From Veleropilina oligotropha (Eukaryota), in the NCBI GenBank assembly GCA_048128005.1, contig JBEUKZ010000032.1:62001-126000 (forward strand): DNA of 64,000 nucleotides, written 5' to 3'. Both the position numbers and the translations under genes were made by a program. Under the pieces are notes generated by a model. The model ran no database searches, was not told where the DNA came from, and worked only from the letters and a program-made list of their open reading frames with translations. Positions 17,995-30,521 of the stretch are shown here, one piece after another. Numbering within the stretch: the stretch's first letter is position 1; every line of letters begins with the position of its first letter.

Positions 17995-18205
17995 TCGTTG
18001 ACCCAGAAAAAAAAGATTGACCCAGTGAAAAATATCTGACCCAGAAATAAATATTTTGTCCAGAAACGGGTCATCGCTCTAGTTAAAATGTTTTGGTCCA
18101 CTTGTTTACATCTGGACAGTTTATTCTCTAAATGGAAATTCTACATGTCACAATGAGTCATTGCCACGTGTACATTGCCACGTGTACATTGCCACGTGTC
18201 ACAAT
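17995..18205. promoter_or_regulatory. Subterminal repeat cluster (TGACCCAG x3, AP-1-like TGAGTCA, tandem CACGTG E-boxes)
   Basis: TGACCCAG at 17999, 18018, 18037; TGAGTCA 18154-18160; 14-bp unit ATTGCCACGTGTAC at 18160, 18174, 18188. Function inferred. Confidence 0.45.
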
Positions 18206-18312
18206 AAAGATTCTCGAGAACGGGGAGCACTAGGTCAGCTCTATGAATAGACCCAGACGCAAAATTAATCAATAACATTGACAGCGACTAACGCAAATAT
18301 CCATTGATACAC

Positions 18313-18639
18313 GCCGTCCCTGGGGGCTCTTACTACATGCTACTATATCGGTCTGTACACATGGCGACTTTTTGTAATACAATCCCTACCCTCGGGTCTG
18401 AAGGGTGCTGGGAGCCTCCACAGCGGGCCCCCGGGCCCCACCCTAACTCCCTAGTTCCCCTCAGTAATACCAGCTCAGTTCTGAAATAGTGCTGGGAGCC
18501 GTATTTTCCCATTCTAAAAAGTCTACTGACCCCCCCTGCTGCTGAGTTGAGATCCATATTAATTCTGAAAAGGTGCTGGGAGCCTTAATTTCCCTCGCCG
18601 CGCCCCCACATAAAAGGTATGGTCACCCCCCCTGCTGCT
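18313..18639 (-). repeat. Right terminal inverted repeat of copy 1
   Basis: Reverse complement of 3092-3404. Confidence 0.92.
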
Positions 18640-18790
18640 AAGGCAATTTTTCGGATGACGTTTCATCACTTGCGTTTTCATTGGTTACTTTAAGGTCTCT
18701 TTGTAAACAGCCAATCGCATTTCGATATGTCTTTTGACACACGTGTATTACGACGAATAATACACGGTGTTGCATGACATGTGATAAAAT
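18640..18790. mobile_element. Right part of the interrupted hairpin (Crypton-like) repeat
   Basis: 18705-18790 matches the reverse complement of about 32080-32165, in the same orientation as the 2729 match. Confidence 0.5.
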
Positions 18791-20262
18791 TAAAGATGTC
18801 ATATTTGCATTTTTAAAGGATGTTAATATGCTTTATAAATTTGAACTATTTTTACATTTAGAACTCTGCTGGTAGAAAATTTGTATGACCTAATTTATAT
18901 TTGCATCGCTTTTATATGTATATGTCGAATGCAGTAAGGTGAATATAGTTCTTGTATATCTAGTAGCTTAAGCATTTCAAATCGAATGACCCGATGGTGT
19001 CTGAAATGTAATCAGCGTGGTCGCTAAACATCAATTCAACCAATCATTTGTTAATCAATAGCATGAAAAAGCTGATAGATACAAGTATTAACTGTCACGA
19101 ATTCGAATATACAATCAATTTTTATATTCATTATAATAGATTTTGGAAGAATTGATAGTCTCTGAAGTATCATCTCTGATCTCATAGTAAAAGAAACAAC
19201 TATATTTGATAATCAATAGCTACCTCTTCCAAATTTTAATATGATAATAGATAAAGTGTCGAAACGAATCGAGTCGAATACTTAATTTTGGAATTTGGAC
19301 TTGTACATCGGTGCACATGACAGTTAATCCGGTTTGTGGTCAGGTATTCAATTTAGGAGGTATTGGACCGTTCAACAACACTGTTGCAGCGTGCTGTCAT
19401 ACACTATGTCTCAACGACTGGACACTGGCATTGCAAAGGATTATTATGCCACTGTTTCAAAATTAGATAAATAAGACAAAATTATATTTTCAGTTAGACT
19501 ATTAATTGTCATAACGTACATCAACGACTCAACAATTTTTAGATGGTCAATTTAAAGGAAAAAATATTAAACTTCCAGTAGTGATAAGGTCTATATCCGC
19601 GCAGGTATTTATAATACAGTATATCCAAAAGGTTTTTTAAAAGACAAAATAAGGGACGATGCCACGCAATGTATAAAAAAATATGGTACAAAATATCTTT
19701 CGTACGAAATATGTACTCGTATTCAGTTTTAACAATCATCATCTTCAGTCAAAGGGAGACAACAAAGACATCTTCTTCACATTTGTCCCTATTTGATACA
19801 TGGCGCCTATGATGATGATGATGATGATGTTTTATTTAGCCTAGTATACAACAATAATAATACATATTTTACAAATAAATTTATATAAACAATAGTAATA
19901 AATAAATGGTAACAAACTGACACCAGGCATGCATATTTGTATATTATACTGAACAAATCATAATAAACAATTTATGGATGCTGATAGGTTGGTCGTTATT
20001 GCGTTTGGCTGTATAATTATCGATTAGTATTGTTTAAAGAAAATACTGTAATTTTTTGTACAATGTGTTAAAGTGGCAATGAGATTTATCAAGAAACCCA
20101 TGTGGGCTTGTAAGCGATAAACCACCTATGGCTAGACGGTCTGAGTCATATTATACAATGGTGAATTAGTACATGATGTATGATTATAACATTTATTTTT
20201 TGATTAGGCTAAATATTGGAGGACAAAATGAGGTTTGTATGCAAAGGAGTATTTCAGATGGG

Positions 20263-23200
20263 CTAGTTTCCTTGGTGCAAGTGATTCCACGAAGTCAATA
20301 ACCTGTATTTTGAGTAGAGACAATTTTTGTACTTTTTCTTGAAAATGAATTTAGACTTGCTGTTTTTGAGATTGTCATCAAGTGAGTTATACAGTTTGGG
20401 TTCTTCATATCTGATTGCATGTTGTCGGATGTTTGTACGGGTTTTCATCATGTGATAATCCTTTGATGATCTGGTGAAATGGCTATGAATTAGATCATTC
20501 GTTGAAAAGTATTTTAAAAATATTGTTGGTAAGGTTTTATGCGCGTGACAAAACATAAATGTTCCTACCTGAACTTTATGAAGATCATAGATAGTAAGTA
20601 GGTTATGTTTATGGAATAGAGGAGCTGTATGAACATGCCACTCCGATCTTGTAATAACTCGGACAGCTCGTTTTTGTAGTTGAAACAAAGTTTTTAATCT
20701 AAATGAGTAGTTACTTGCCCATATGATATTGCAATAATTTAGGTATGGTAATATTAAGCTGGAATATAAGGTTTTTAGTATGTTGATTGGGATTTCATGC
20801 TTTATTCTATTTATGATTACAATAGATTTGGCAATCTTTTGACTGAGTTCTGATATATGAGGCTGCCAAGTTAAGTTTTCATCCACAATGACTCCAAGGA
20901 ATTTAGAGTATTTGACTTGATTTACTTTAGAATTATCAATTAGAAGTGTGGCATCTTTTTCCGATTATTTCATATTCTTATGACATAATATCATGAATTT
21001 GTTTTTTTTAAATTAAGGGATAGTTTGTTAATTTTAAACCATACATTTAGTTTGTCAATTTCTCTATTTACCGTTTCTATTAATTGCTTAAAGTTAGAAT
21101 GAGTGTAGAAGATGTTTGTGTCATCTGCAAATAATATGAATTTTAATATGTCGGATGTATTGCACATGTCATTGACGTATAGTATAAATAGAAGAGGACC
21201 AAGAATAGAGCCTTGGGGTACCCCACAGTTAATGGTCATAGAGGCAGAATTATTTTCATTAATCGAGACGTATTGTGTTCTGTTCGCTAAATAACTTTCA
21301 AACCATGCTAATTGTTTGCCTCGTATTCCATAATGGTTGAGTTTTTTTATTAGTATTTTGTGATCAATGGTGTCAAAGGTCTATTAGTATATTCATGGTA
21401 AATTTATTTGTATCCATATTTGAGGAAATATTGTCGACAAGATCTAATAGTGCCATATAAGTTGAGTGGTTTGACCGTAATCCGAATTGAGTATTTGATA
21501 TAATATTGTGCTTGTTTAGGAAGGATATAACTCGGTTGTAAATAATCTTTTCCAATATTTTTGAGAAATATGGCAGTACAGAAATCGGTCTATAATTTGA
21601 GAATACTTCTTGGTTTCCACTTTTGAAAATAGGTTTCACTTTTGCAATTTTCAGGTTATCTGGTACAATACCAGTTTGCATCGATTGATTTAAAATGGTC
21701 ACCAGAGGGGAGGCAATATGGGGTAATATCTGTTATTGACGAACTTATTTCATCATATCCTGGACTTTTGTTTTTCATGCTACGTACAATGTTGGATACC
21801 TCATCAATATCGGTCGGCATAAAACAAATAGATTGGGGGTAATTACCTGTGAGGTAGGTTTCGATTGATCGATGTTGATGCGGAATTTTTGAAGCCAGGT
21901 TGTGTCCTACGTTAACAAAGTAGTTATTAAATTTGTTGCATATGTCACTTTTATCTGTTATTTGTTGGTTGTTGTCCTTGAATGAGTTAGGCAGTTCAGA
22001 TTTATTACTTTGTTTATTTAAAATAGTCTTTATAATACACCATGTTTTTCTTATATCATTTTTAGCATTTTCAAACATGTCTGCGTTATATTTTTTCTTA
22101 GAGATTCTAAGCAGATGATTTAGTTTGTTTTTGTACTGTTTGTATTTATGTTCATTGCTTGCTTTAGGGTTTTTTAGGTATGTCCGATATAGCTTATTTT
22201 TTATTGAGATTGATTCCATTAAACCAGTGGTCAAAAATGGCTTGGATTTGATTCTTCTATTTATTCTTGACTTTAACTTTGGAAAGTGTTTATTATATAG
22301 AAATAAAAGTTTGTTCATAAACGATTCATACGATTGATTTGGATTGTCATAATTTTCTAAATCGTCCCATGTTTGATTTTGAAGATCAGATTTGAAACTG
22401 TTTATGTTCATTTCAGTAAATTTTCGCTTATATTCAATTCGTGGTGAATCTTTTTTAATTATATTCAATTCAATGCTTAAAAATATGGGCAAATGATCAC
22501 TGATATCTGTAATCAATATACCACTTTTAATTTTGTATTCCAATACATTAACAAATATGTTATCGATTATCGATTATCGATTCGTGTTGGTTTGGTAATA
22601 AGGGGATAAAAGGAATTGGATATCATTCTGTTTAGAAATGTTTCTGTATCCTTGTGTGAATTTACGTTAATTAAATTTATGTTGAAATCACCAGCTAGGA
22701 ATGTTATTTTATTTTCCAAATTTATCTTAGTAACAACTTTGATAAGTTTTTCAAGAAAAGTAGCAGTGTTGTGGTTAGAGGGTCTGTAAATAGACCCAAT
22801 TATTATATTTTTTAGATTTGATTGCAAGATTTCAATGAATATTGTTTCGATATCTTCAGATAGTAAACATAAGTCTTCTCTGATTTTGTAATCTAGTGTG
22901 TTGTCCACATAAAATCCAACCCCACCACCTGTTTTGTCTTGTCTGTTCTTACACACAAGTTCGTATCCTTCAATATTTAAATAATTTTCTTCCCCATCAG
23001 CTAACCAAGTTTCAGTTAGAGCAATTATAGATAATTTATGTGTCAAGTTACTTATGTGATATTTAACTTTGTCGTAATCGCCTTTAGACTACGACAGTTT
23101 ATATGAAAAAAATTTGAAACTATTATGTGGACCAGAGCTGTCATTAAGTACAACGTATTCTTGTTCGATGATATAATTTGATGTCGTGTTGGATGTGTTG

Positions 23201-23577
23201 GATGCAAAATAGTTTTCGCCTGGATCTATGTCAGCGTTATTTAGGAGATATCTACTATCATTTGAAGAGAAGGGGTTGAAACACAGTTCACGGACAAATT
23301 TAGTGTTTTCATTTGAATATCCACCAGTCTTATTTTCAAGTATCGCTATATTGAACTCATTATCGTCCTGAAGTGAATAAAATGGAAATATGTTAGATAA
23401 GCAGGAAGGACAGTACCAGGTATTGACTTCGTGGGTACTCATTGACTTGAAGGTGTTAAGTGTAAGTTGTGTGCATTTAACATGGAATAATGAATTACAG
23501 TTTGCGCAAATTATACATAATTGTGATGACTTACGTAATAAATTGCATATTTGGCAGAGGGGTGGAACTCCGTTCAT
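20263..23577 (-). pseudogene. LINE ORF2 (PHD finger - APE endonuclease - reverse transcriptase), frameshifted
   Basis: CQIC..CANC..H..C..WYCPSC; ALTETWL, GGGVGFY, IYRP, AGDFN, SDH; NYRPIS, GVPQGSILGP, FADD; split over several ORFs. Confidence 0.92.
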
Positions 23578-24517
23578 TCGCTATCACAATCTAACTGATG
23601 ATGAATATGTGAGAGTTCTTGAAGAGGGGTACGGTGGGATGGAGTAGGGATAAATTCAAAACTGGTAAAAGCGTGTACTGTTTCATACTAAGCTGAAAAC
23701 CAACTTGGACTAGAAATAGTATAATATTTTAAGTAAGACTATTAGCAAAGAGAAGATAATTACCATTGATTCTAATAAATACTACAGAGTAATAGTGGCG
23801 ACCTGCTGAGTTCCTAACGGAAGGGCGGTGTAACGTCTAGGGCCGTCATTTGGCAGATGCATTAGCTCAATATATAAGTATATATTTATACACTCACACT
23901 CATATACATACATACACACACACACACGCGCGCACACACACACATGTATATATACTTTAGTGATATACATATTTGGAATATACATTCACGTACATATACA
24001 CTCACAAACATACGTCGGCACAAAACACATTTATACATATCCATATATGTAAGTAATATACAAGATGATAAATATGTCATATGGGAGAATATAAATTGGC
24101 GGTATGGCTTATACTATAGATTACATACAATATAAAGTAAAAATAGTAATCGTATGAAATAATTCATAGAAATATTAACAAAGAAAATAAGAGTGAAATA
24201 TTATAAAAAAGCAATTACGGTTTACCTATTAGAGAAAGGTAATATGACATAAATAATATAATAACGAATAGTGTGCATAGAAAGTACGATAATTTGATAG
24301 ACCAATATACGTGTATTCGGACACAGATAAAGAAACATTTGATTAGTATATAGATTTTCGATATTGATATATGAACATATGTGGGTTGTCAAGAGATACA
24401 TTATCCGTGTGGTGTATAATTAAAGTACTGCGTATGAGCATTGATAATTATATTTAATAGTAAATTAATAGTTAGGAAAGTGAATTAGCGATTTCTGGAG
24501 GTCGACATAAAGGCAGA

Positions 24518-26400
24518 TTATTGGGATATATTGAAATTATTTAGAATTTCGTCGATGTTTTTAAATGGCCGCACTTGGAATTTGAAGCCATTGTGGGCTT
24601 CCGCAAAGACTTTTCCATTGATGTCCCAGCAATCTTTTATTCGCGGATTTTGTTTCGCTCTGTTTAATACCTGCACATTTGTCTTTGTAAGGTCATCACG
24701 AATCACGATCTTGGTTCCTTTCAGTTTTCTTCTGTTTCTGATGATTGCGTCTTTATCGCCTCGATTGTGTAATTTGGCTATAATAGGCCTGGAAAAGTTG
24801 GTTTTTTTCTTGCCCACCCTATGGGAGACGTCAACATCAAGGTGCGATATGTTAACGCCCAGCTTGGTGTTGATGATATCGCACAATACCGAAGTGCTGT
24901 TCTCGTCGTCACGCTCGGGCACGTTGAAAATCCTAATGTTCGACCGACGGCTGTACTGTTCGTTGTCATTAGACAATAAGCTGTTTTTGCCTGACTGCTG
25001 ATTTCAGTACACATATCTCCTCTTTCAGATGTTAAATTTCGTCGACACAGCCCAGAAGGTCAATCTTTAGTCGGTCTGTTTCTTCTAATAAAATAAAATT
25101 TTCGTTGTCTATTTTTTCCAGCTTTTTGTCGATCAATTCAACAATATCTAAATGTAGGTTAGATCATGCTAAAGAGTGTATATGTTGGATAGACACAGTT
25201 TTTCATCGTTGATTAAGTGTGAAATCGGACCATTGTTCGAGTGCGAAGCACGAGTGCAATGATCCGATTTCACACTTAATCAACGGTGGAAAACTGTGTC
25301 TATCCAACATATTCACGAGTTACATGGTCTAACTGATTTAGGCGATACAGTAGAACAATAATTTATATTAGGTATTTTTTCATGTAAGAGACGAAAACGA
25401 TGTAGGACTTTTCCAAATTTAGAGATTTGACTGTGAGTTGTTGGATTTAGACTTCCAAGATGATGTTACTTCTCCGAAGAATGCAGTGAAGTCCACCCAT
25501 TATTTGCAGGTATAGGTATGATATTTGTTACGATTTACTGTTTTTCACAGGGGCAGATGCAGGATTTGGAGAATGTGAGTGTCCAACTTTTATGAATTAT
25601 ACTATCAGCTGTGAAAAAATTTGACAATTAACGGTGTGAAATACCTCTCCTACATTCTGACAGTGTAAAACGCGATAATTTTGACCATCAAATTTGTGAT
25701 TGGTAAAAAAGTGGATGACTGGATGTCTGGAACCCACCCGTTTGATTAAAATTATATCCGCCCATGTTTTCATGTCATGCTCTGCGAATTTTCATTTAAA
25801 TGTGTAAATACAATATAAAGTGATCATGAATTGTATCATCCTTTTGCTTGATATAATATACAATTTTAGCCTCAAATATTCTTAAAATATACTGTAAATA
25901 AGCATTTTAAACTGGTCAAATGGAGACCTGGGCCTCAAGATTATAAAGACTCATATGAAACTCAGCTCAGACTCTGCAATGATCAAGAGTGTTGATTTGA
26001 GTACGAAACAGTCACCAGAGTATGAGATCGTACTCAGCAGACCACTATAATCTTTGACCCTGACCACCACAGCCGCCTGTTGAAAATTATCACATTTCAT
26101 TGTTCAGGTTTGGCTAATAAACGACGCGTGAACATCAGCCCATTGTTTTCATATACCACGCTAAAAGTGAATATCAAAGATAGACACAGTTTTGTAACAA
26201 AAGAATCTCCATGAAGTATCGTCTAAATGGAGTTGTTTCTTGGCTGCATCCATGGCTCACTCGACTATTGTTTCTATTAATGTTTTATTAATTTCCATGA
26301 CGCTGTGGTCCAATGTGCTGGTATTTTGGAAACTGTTTTCTAGGTCAGATGCATTGCTCCGTTGACGCCGTCTTTTTCTCTTTTTTTTGACGACATTGTA
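24518..26400 (-). pseudogene. LINE ORF1 (coiled coil + RRM-like), interrupted by an insertion
   Basis: EQYSRRSNIRIFNVPE...SHRVG...RPIIAKL...IRDDLT; reading KQLH/LDIVELIDKK is restored by removing 25155-26221 and one TCTAAATG copy. Confidence 0.75.
25155..26221. mobile_element. Hairpin-bearing non-autonomous insertion (Crypton-like)
   Basis: Long hairpin about 25176-25305 with loop CGAGTGCGAAGCACGAG; flanked by TCTAAATG (25147-25154, 26222-26229). Confidence 0.6.
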
Positions 26401-27959
26401 GATGTATGAGAGAGTTTTACACTGTAGATATTTGATCGATGCTTAATTTCACGGCTCGTTGAATATACGGCGAGTGCTTTGGTTTAGTAAGTTTATGACT
26501 ATTGCTTATAAAGTCAAATTAATAGACGAGTAAAGAAACATACATATGTATAAGTGTCATTGTACAGTCCGTGTTGGTTCCCGTTGCTTATATTTAGTAA
26601 TCCATCACTGTGATTTATCCGATTTGGTGATTAGTGGCTTGCTCAGTTTGGAGCGATGTGAAGACACGTCCTACTCGTCCGCCATATTGAACTTCTATGA
26701 ACATTTGACATACAACAGACGTGGCCCGCTCCACGAACTTGAGATCGCTACAAGATGGTGGAAATTGATGGGAGGTTTGCACGTGACAGACCTTCAGTGT
26801 CTGGTATTTTATCTTGTCACGTAAAGTTAAACAGAATACGTAAGCAAGTCATGTTGAAATGGTTCAGTTTCTCGCATGTCTGGCGTGTCCAGTCCCTGAT
26901 TCATATAGCAGGGTTGCAGTGACGTGGGAAGCAATTTGCGTAACAAATTTTAAATAAAGGTAATTTTGAGCCTTACATTGGTGCGTATGTATGTATGATT
27001 GCTGTGGGGGTTGTGAATATTTTTCCAAATAGAAATATGACGGGGGTCAAATTATGCTATCATGAGATCGCCAATGTGTTATTTCTTACCAACATCTTTG
27101 AATCATTTTCACCACGGATAGTGCTGCTGTTGTACAACCGTTGTATCGCTATTCACCATGCAAATTAGTGTTGCGGATATACAACATGTAGTATCGCTGT
27201 TGTACAACTGTTGTATCATACGCGCTATGGACCATGCACATTAGTGTTGCGGATATACAACATGTAGTATCGCTGTTGTGCAACCGCAACAATGGTTTCC
27301 GTTGTACAGCTGCAATACTGCATGTCTGGCACTGTCGTCTAGACGCTTCTTCTTTGTAAGAAAGAATTTGTGGTGATATAAATATGATATTAAATTGTAT
27401 GGTAATCTGATAAACTTGTCTTTGATTTCGCTAATACAGTGATTAATTAATATGCAAGTGGTGTGTAGCCATAATTTTATCATTTAAATGTATATCAGAT
27501 TCGCTCTCGAATTTACTACTTGTAGCATTTTAATATCATATGCTATCAATGTCACAGTATAACCAAAACATAATTGGTAGACAATAGGTTAATTAATATG
27601 CAAGAGCAGTGAAGCCAGTTCTTTATCAATCATATGTATATTCATACCTGTAGTTTTAATCTTGAATTTATAATGAACATAAATTTTAAAAAAACCAATG
27701 TACAGAGTGTTATGAAATGAGACATATATTCAGTTATTTTATTCAATATTATATATCATATAAGTTCTTAGATCATTGCAGATATTAATAATAAATAAAT
27801 GTTGATCTTAAGCTCTCCTGCATTCCTACATACAAGCTACTTTCCTCTAGCTGTATACTGTCATACATCACTGTGAGATTTAATTTATACAAACTTGGCT
27901 TAAAATTCACAGACCTGGCTATTATATTATATATATATATAATCAGTACATATCCTACC

Positions 27960-28482
27960 TTATCACATGACAAAGCTGTTATGGACCGGTACAAGCCGTT
28001 CCATAATTTTCGATACAAAAGACACGTCTCATAAGTATGCAAATGAGGGCGAACATGACGACCGGTCATCGCATCTGGCGCCAAGTTGATTAAGCGGCGT
28101 ATCACCCTCATTAACATATTGAATAATTCATACGCGTTGACTCGTCGATTACTGACGTTGAACTATTTTTTATTGGCGTACTGGCGTGGCGCGTGCTTTC
28201 GAGGCGTGATGCGTCTGAGGCAATGGCAATTTATGGCTGAAAGTACTGACAGAAATTAGTTTTAAAACGTAAAGAAATGTGTTTAAAAACGCAATAAAAT
28301 AAGTTTAAAGGTAAATAAAGTCATGCGATAAAGAAGATATGAAACTTGTGACCATTTCATATGAGAATTATGAAACTCGTCAGCAAATTTATGTACCTCG
28401 CCAAGGCTCGGTACATAAATTGTGCCCGACTCGTTTCATAATTCTCATATGGAATAGACACTCGTTCGATATCCTCTATTTC
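27960..28482. mobile_element. Non-autonomous hairpin (Crypton-like) element
   Basis: Hairpin about 28360-28455 with loop CTCGCCAAGGCTCG, ending ATCCTCTAT like the relatives at 2729 and 32673; left boundary approximate. Confidence 0.45.
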
Positions 28483-28919
28483 TATTACATCATGCTTCAT
28501 ACGGTACCTCTCATAATTCAAACTTATAACAGATTGAGGTTATTTGTCTGGAGAGTTGTTTATGCTGCGAAATATGAAAATGGCTGCTGTCTGTTCTATT
28601 TTGGCGGGTAATATTCACATGACTGTTGCTGGTGTACACTGTTGCTGGTGTATACCAGCAACAGTGACTGTTGCTGATGTACACCGGCAACAGTTCACAG
28701 TGTATAACAGGTGTGCAATAATTAACTGTTACACACTGGAGATACTCTCCTGCAACACATTTATATTGCGGGTGACCATCAGGAATACACCAGATGTACG
28801 TGTACAGCGGCAGCAATAAGTGGTCTTTAAGGGAGTCAACAGGACTTTGAAGGGCCTTATGGGGTCGAATTATACTATCATTAACTTGTGCCAGGGGAAC
28901 CCGTTCCCCGGGGAAGAAT

Positions 28920-29232
28920 TTTTTTACAAATAACCGTGCGAAACACCCTCTCCCGTATTCTGATGATGTAAATATGATAATTCTTAACAACATTTACGAA
29001 TCATTCCACCACTTCATAGAAGAAGTTTTTGACAAATAACCTTGCGAAACACCCTATCCTGTATTCTGATGATGTAAATGTGATATTTCTTAACAACATT
29101 TACGAATCATTCCACCACTTCATAGAAGAAAGTTTTGATAATTAACCATGCGAAACACCCTCTCCTGTATTCTGATGATGTAAATTTGATATTGCTTACC
29201 AATATTTATGAATCATTTCACCACTTCATAAA
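28920..29232. repeat. 106-bp tandem repeat x3
   Basis: GCGAAACACCC at 28938, 29044, 29150. Confidence 0.9.
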
Positions 29233-29644
29233 AGGTGTAGGCATGTAATAGCCTCATGCCCAGTCTGCTGTACAATAATTATACTCCCTCGAACGGTGAC
29301 TATCGGTAGATGCTGATATCTCAAGGCTATTGGTGAAATACCCCCCTTATTTTATGAAAATCGCACACAATTGCATAAAGTGGGCATGGTTGATCGAGAG
29401 CAGATTTTCATCTAAAATGGACGGTAAAAATCAATTCTGGAAATGATGCATATATAAAAACTATGAAGTCGGATCTATACTTTGAGTCTGTCTAAACTGA
29501 GGCACCAATAAAAAATTGGGGGGGGGGGGGGAAATACCCGTTATTTTATAACAAACTATCAACCCGCGGTGTGCAAATCTAAGGGCACTTGCAAATTTAA
29601 AGGCACTTCTAAGAATACCCCCCCCCCCCCGGATCGTACGCCAC

Positions 29645-30130
29645 TGGGTTGTGATGACATCTGTCTTATAGACCTGCAGCCTGGTTGCAAGATATGTGCC
29701 TCTACACCCCCATGTTTTGGAACGGACCCTTCCAAAGGCAGTATATACCTTTGTTATTCTGCCGTGGATCTCATCTTCGATGTGCACTGCTCTTGACAAG
29801 GTACTGCATAGGTATGTGAATTTTTCCACTGCTGTACCATCTGTTGGAGTGTACTTGCATTGAAGGCTCAAGATATTGCTTTCCTGGTGCTGGTACTTCG
29901 GTTTATTGTTTAGTCCAAAGTTGTCACAAGCATTAGAAAAGTAGCGAATGCTATCCTGCATTTGGATTCGGAGTTGGTATTTAGGGTACAGCCATTAGCG
30001 AAGAGGAAATCTCGGATGATGGTGGTGATGACTTTGATCACATTATTGAAGCTCAGTAGGTTGAAAACCTTCATATCTGTCGGTATCTGATGCTGACTTC
30101 TGAGTCATCGAAATTGAATGCATCAGTGAG
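29645..30130 (-). pseudogene. RTE-BovB-like reverse transcriptase fragment
   Basis: IRDFLFA.., FSNACDNFGL, VEKFTYLCSTLSR..IEDEI..RI.K..AFGR; degenerate. Confidence 0.7.
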
Positions 30131-30521
30131 CGAATAATAAAACAAGCCTCAGACACGATGATGCTTTTCTGAAGAAAAAAACTCAGTTTCTTTTTCTTGA
30201 TTTATTACAAACATACGAAATAATATATGTCTATGATATAAAGACAGTATAAATATACAAAATTAAACAGACAAATACGCAGTAAAAATGTACAAAATTA
30301 GAAAAACTATTGATTACAAGTATTACGTGGGAACTTTCCGCGGGGTCCAATCTACGATTCAAATATGGAAATTACCGGTGTCCACGTGACAGAAACAGCC
30401 GACCAGCAGCGATTAAGGGTTAACGTCTGCATCATTAATTTAGAGAGTTCAGTGCTAAATTGGAGGTAATAGAACGCTTCGTACATATACGTTCAAATGT
30501 GCTGTGTATTGATTTATTCCT

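Larger units (their letters stand above)
3092..18639. mobile_element. Complete Polinton/Maverick-like endogenous virus (copy 1)
   Basis: Termini AGCAGCAGGGGGGGTGACC...GGTCACCCCCCCTGCTGCT; AAGGC on both flanks (3087-3091, 18640-18644); RVE integrase, packaging ATPase, capsid-like ORFs and PolB/helicase ORF; dense intronless ORFs; visibly higher GC than flanks. Confidence 0.95.
19808..26690 (-). mobile_element. Near full-length degenerate non-LTR retrotransposon (CR1/L2 group)
   Basis: 3' end AATAAA + (CAT)n at about 19808-19837; ORF2 pieces with PHD, APE and RT; ORF1 pieces 24518-26400; 5' end ATGGCGGACGAGTAGGACGTGTC near 26690. Confidence 0.85.

Noticed and set aside
3092..18639. Bacterial or phage contamination / misassembly explaining the GC-rich island
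   Set aside because: Clean TIRs and TSD inside a host repeat whose halves rejoin, and a second independent insertion in the same window.
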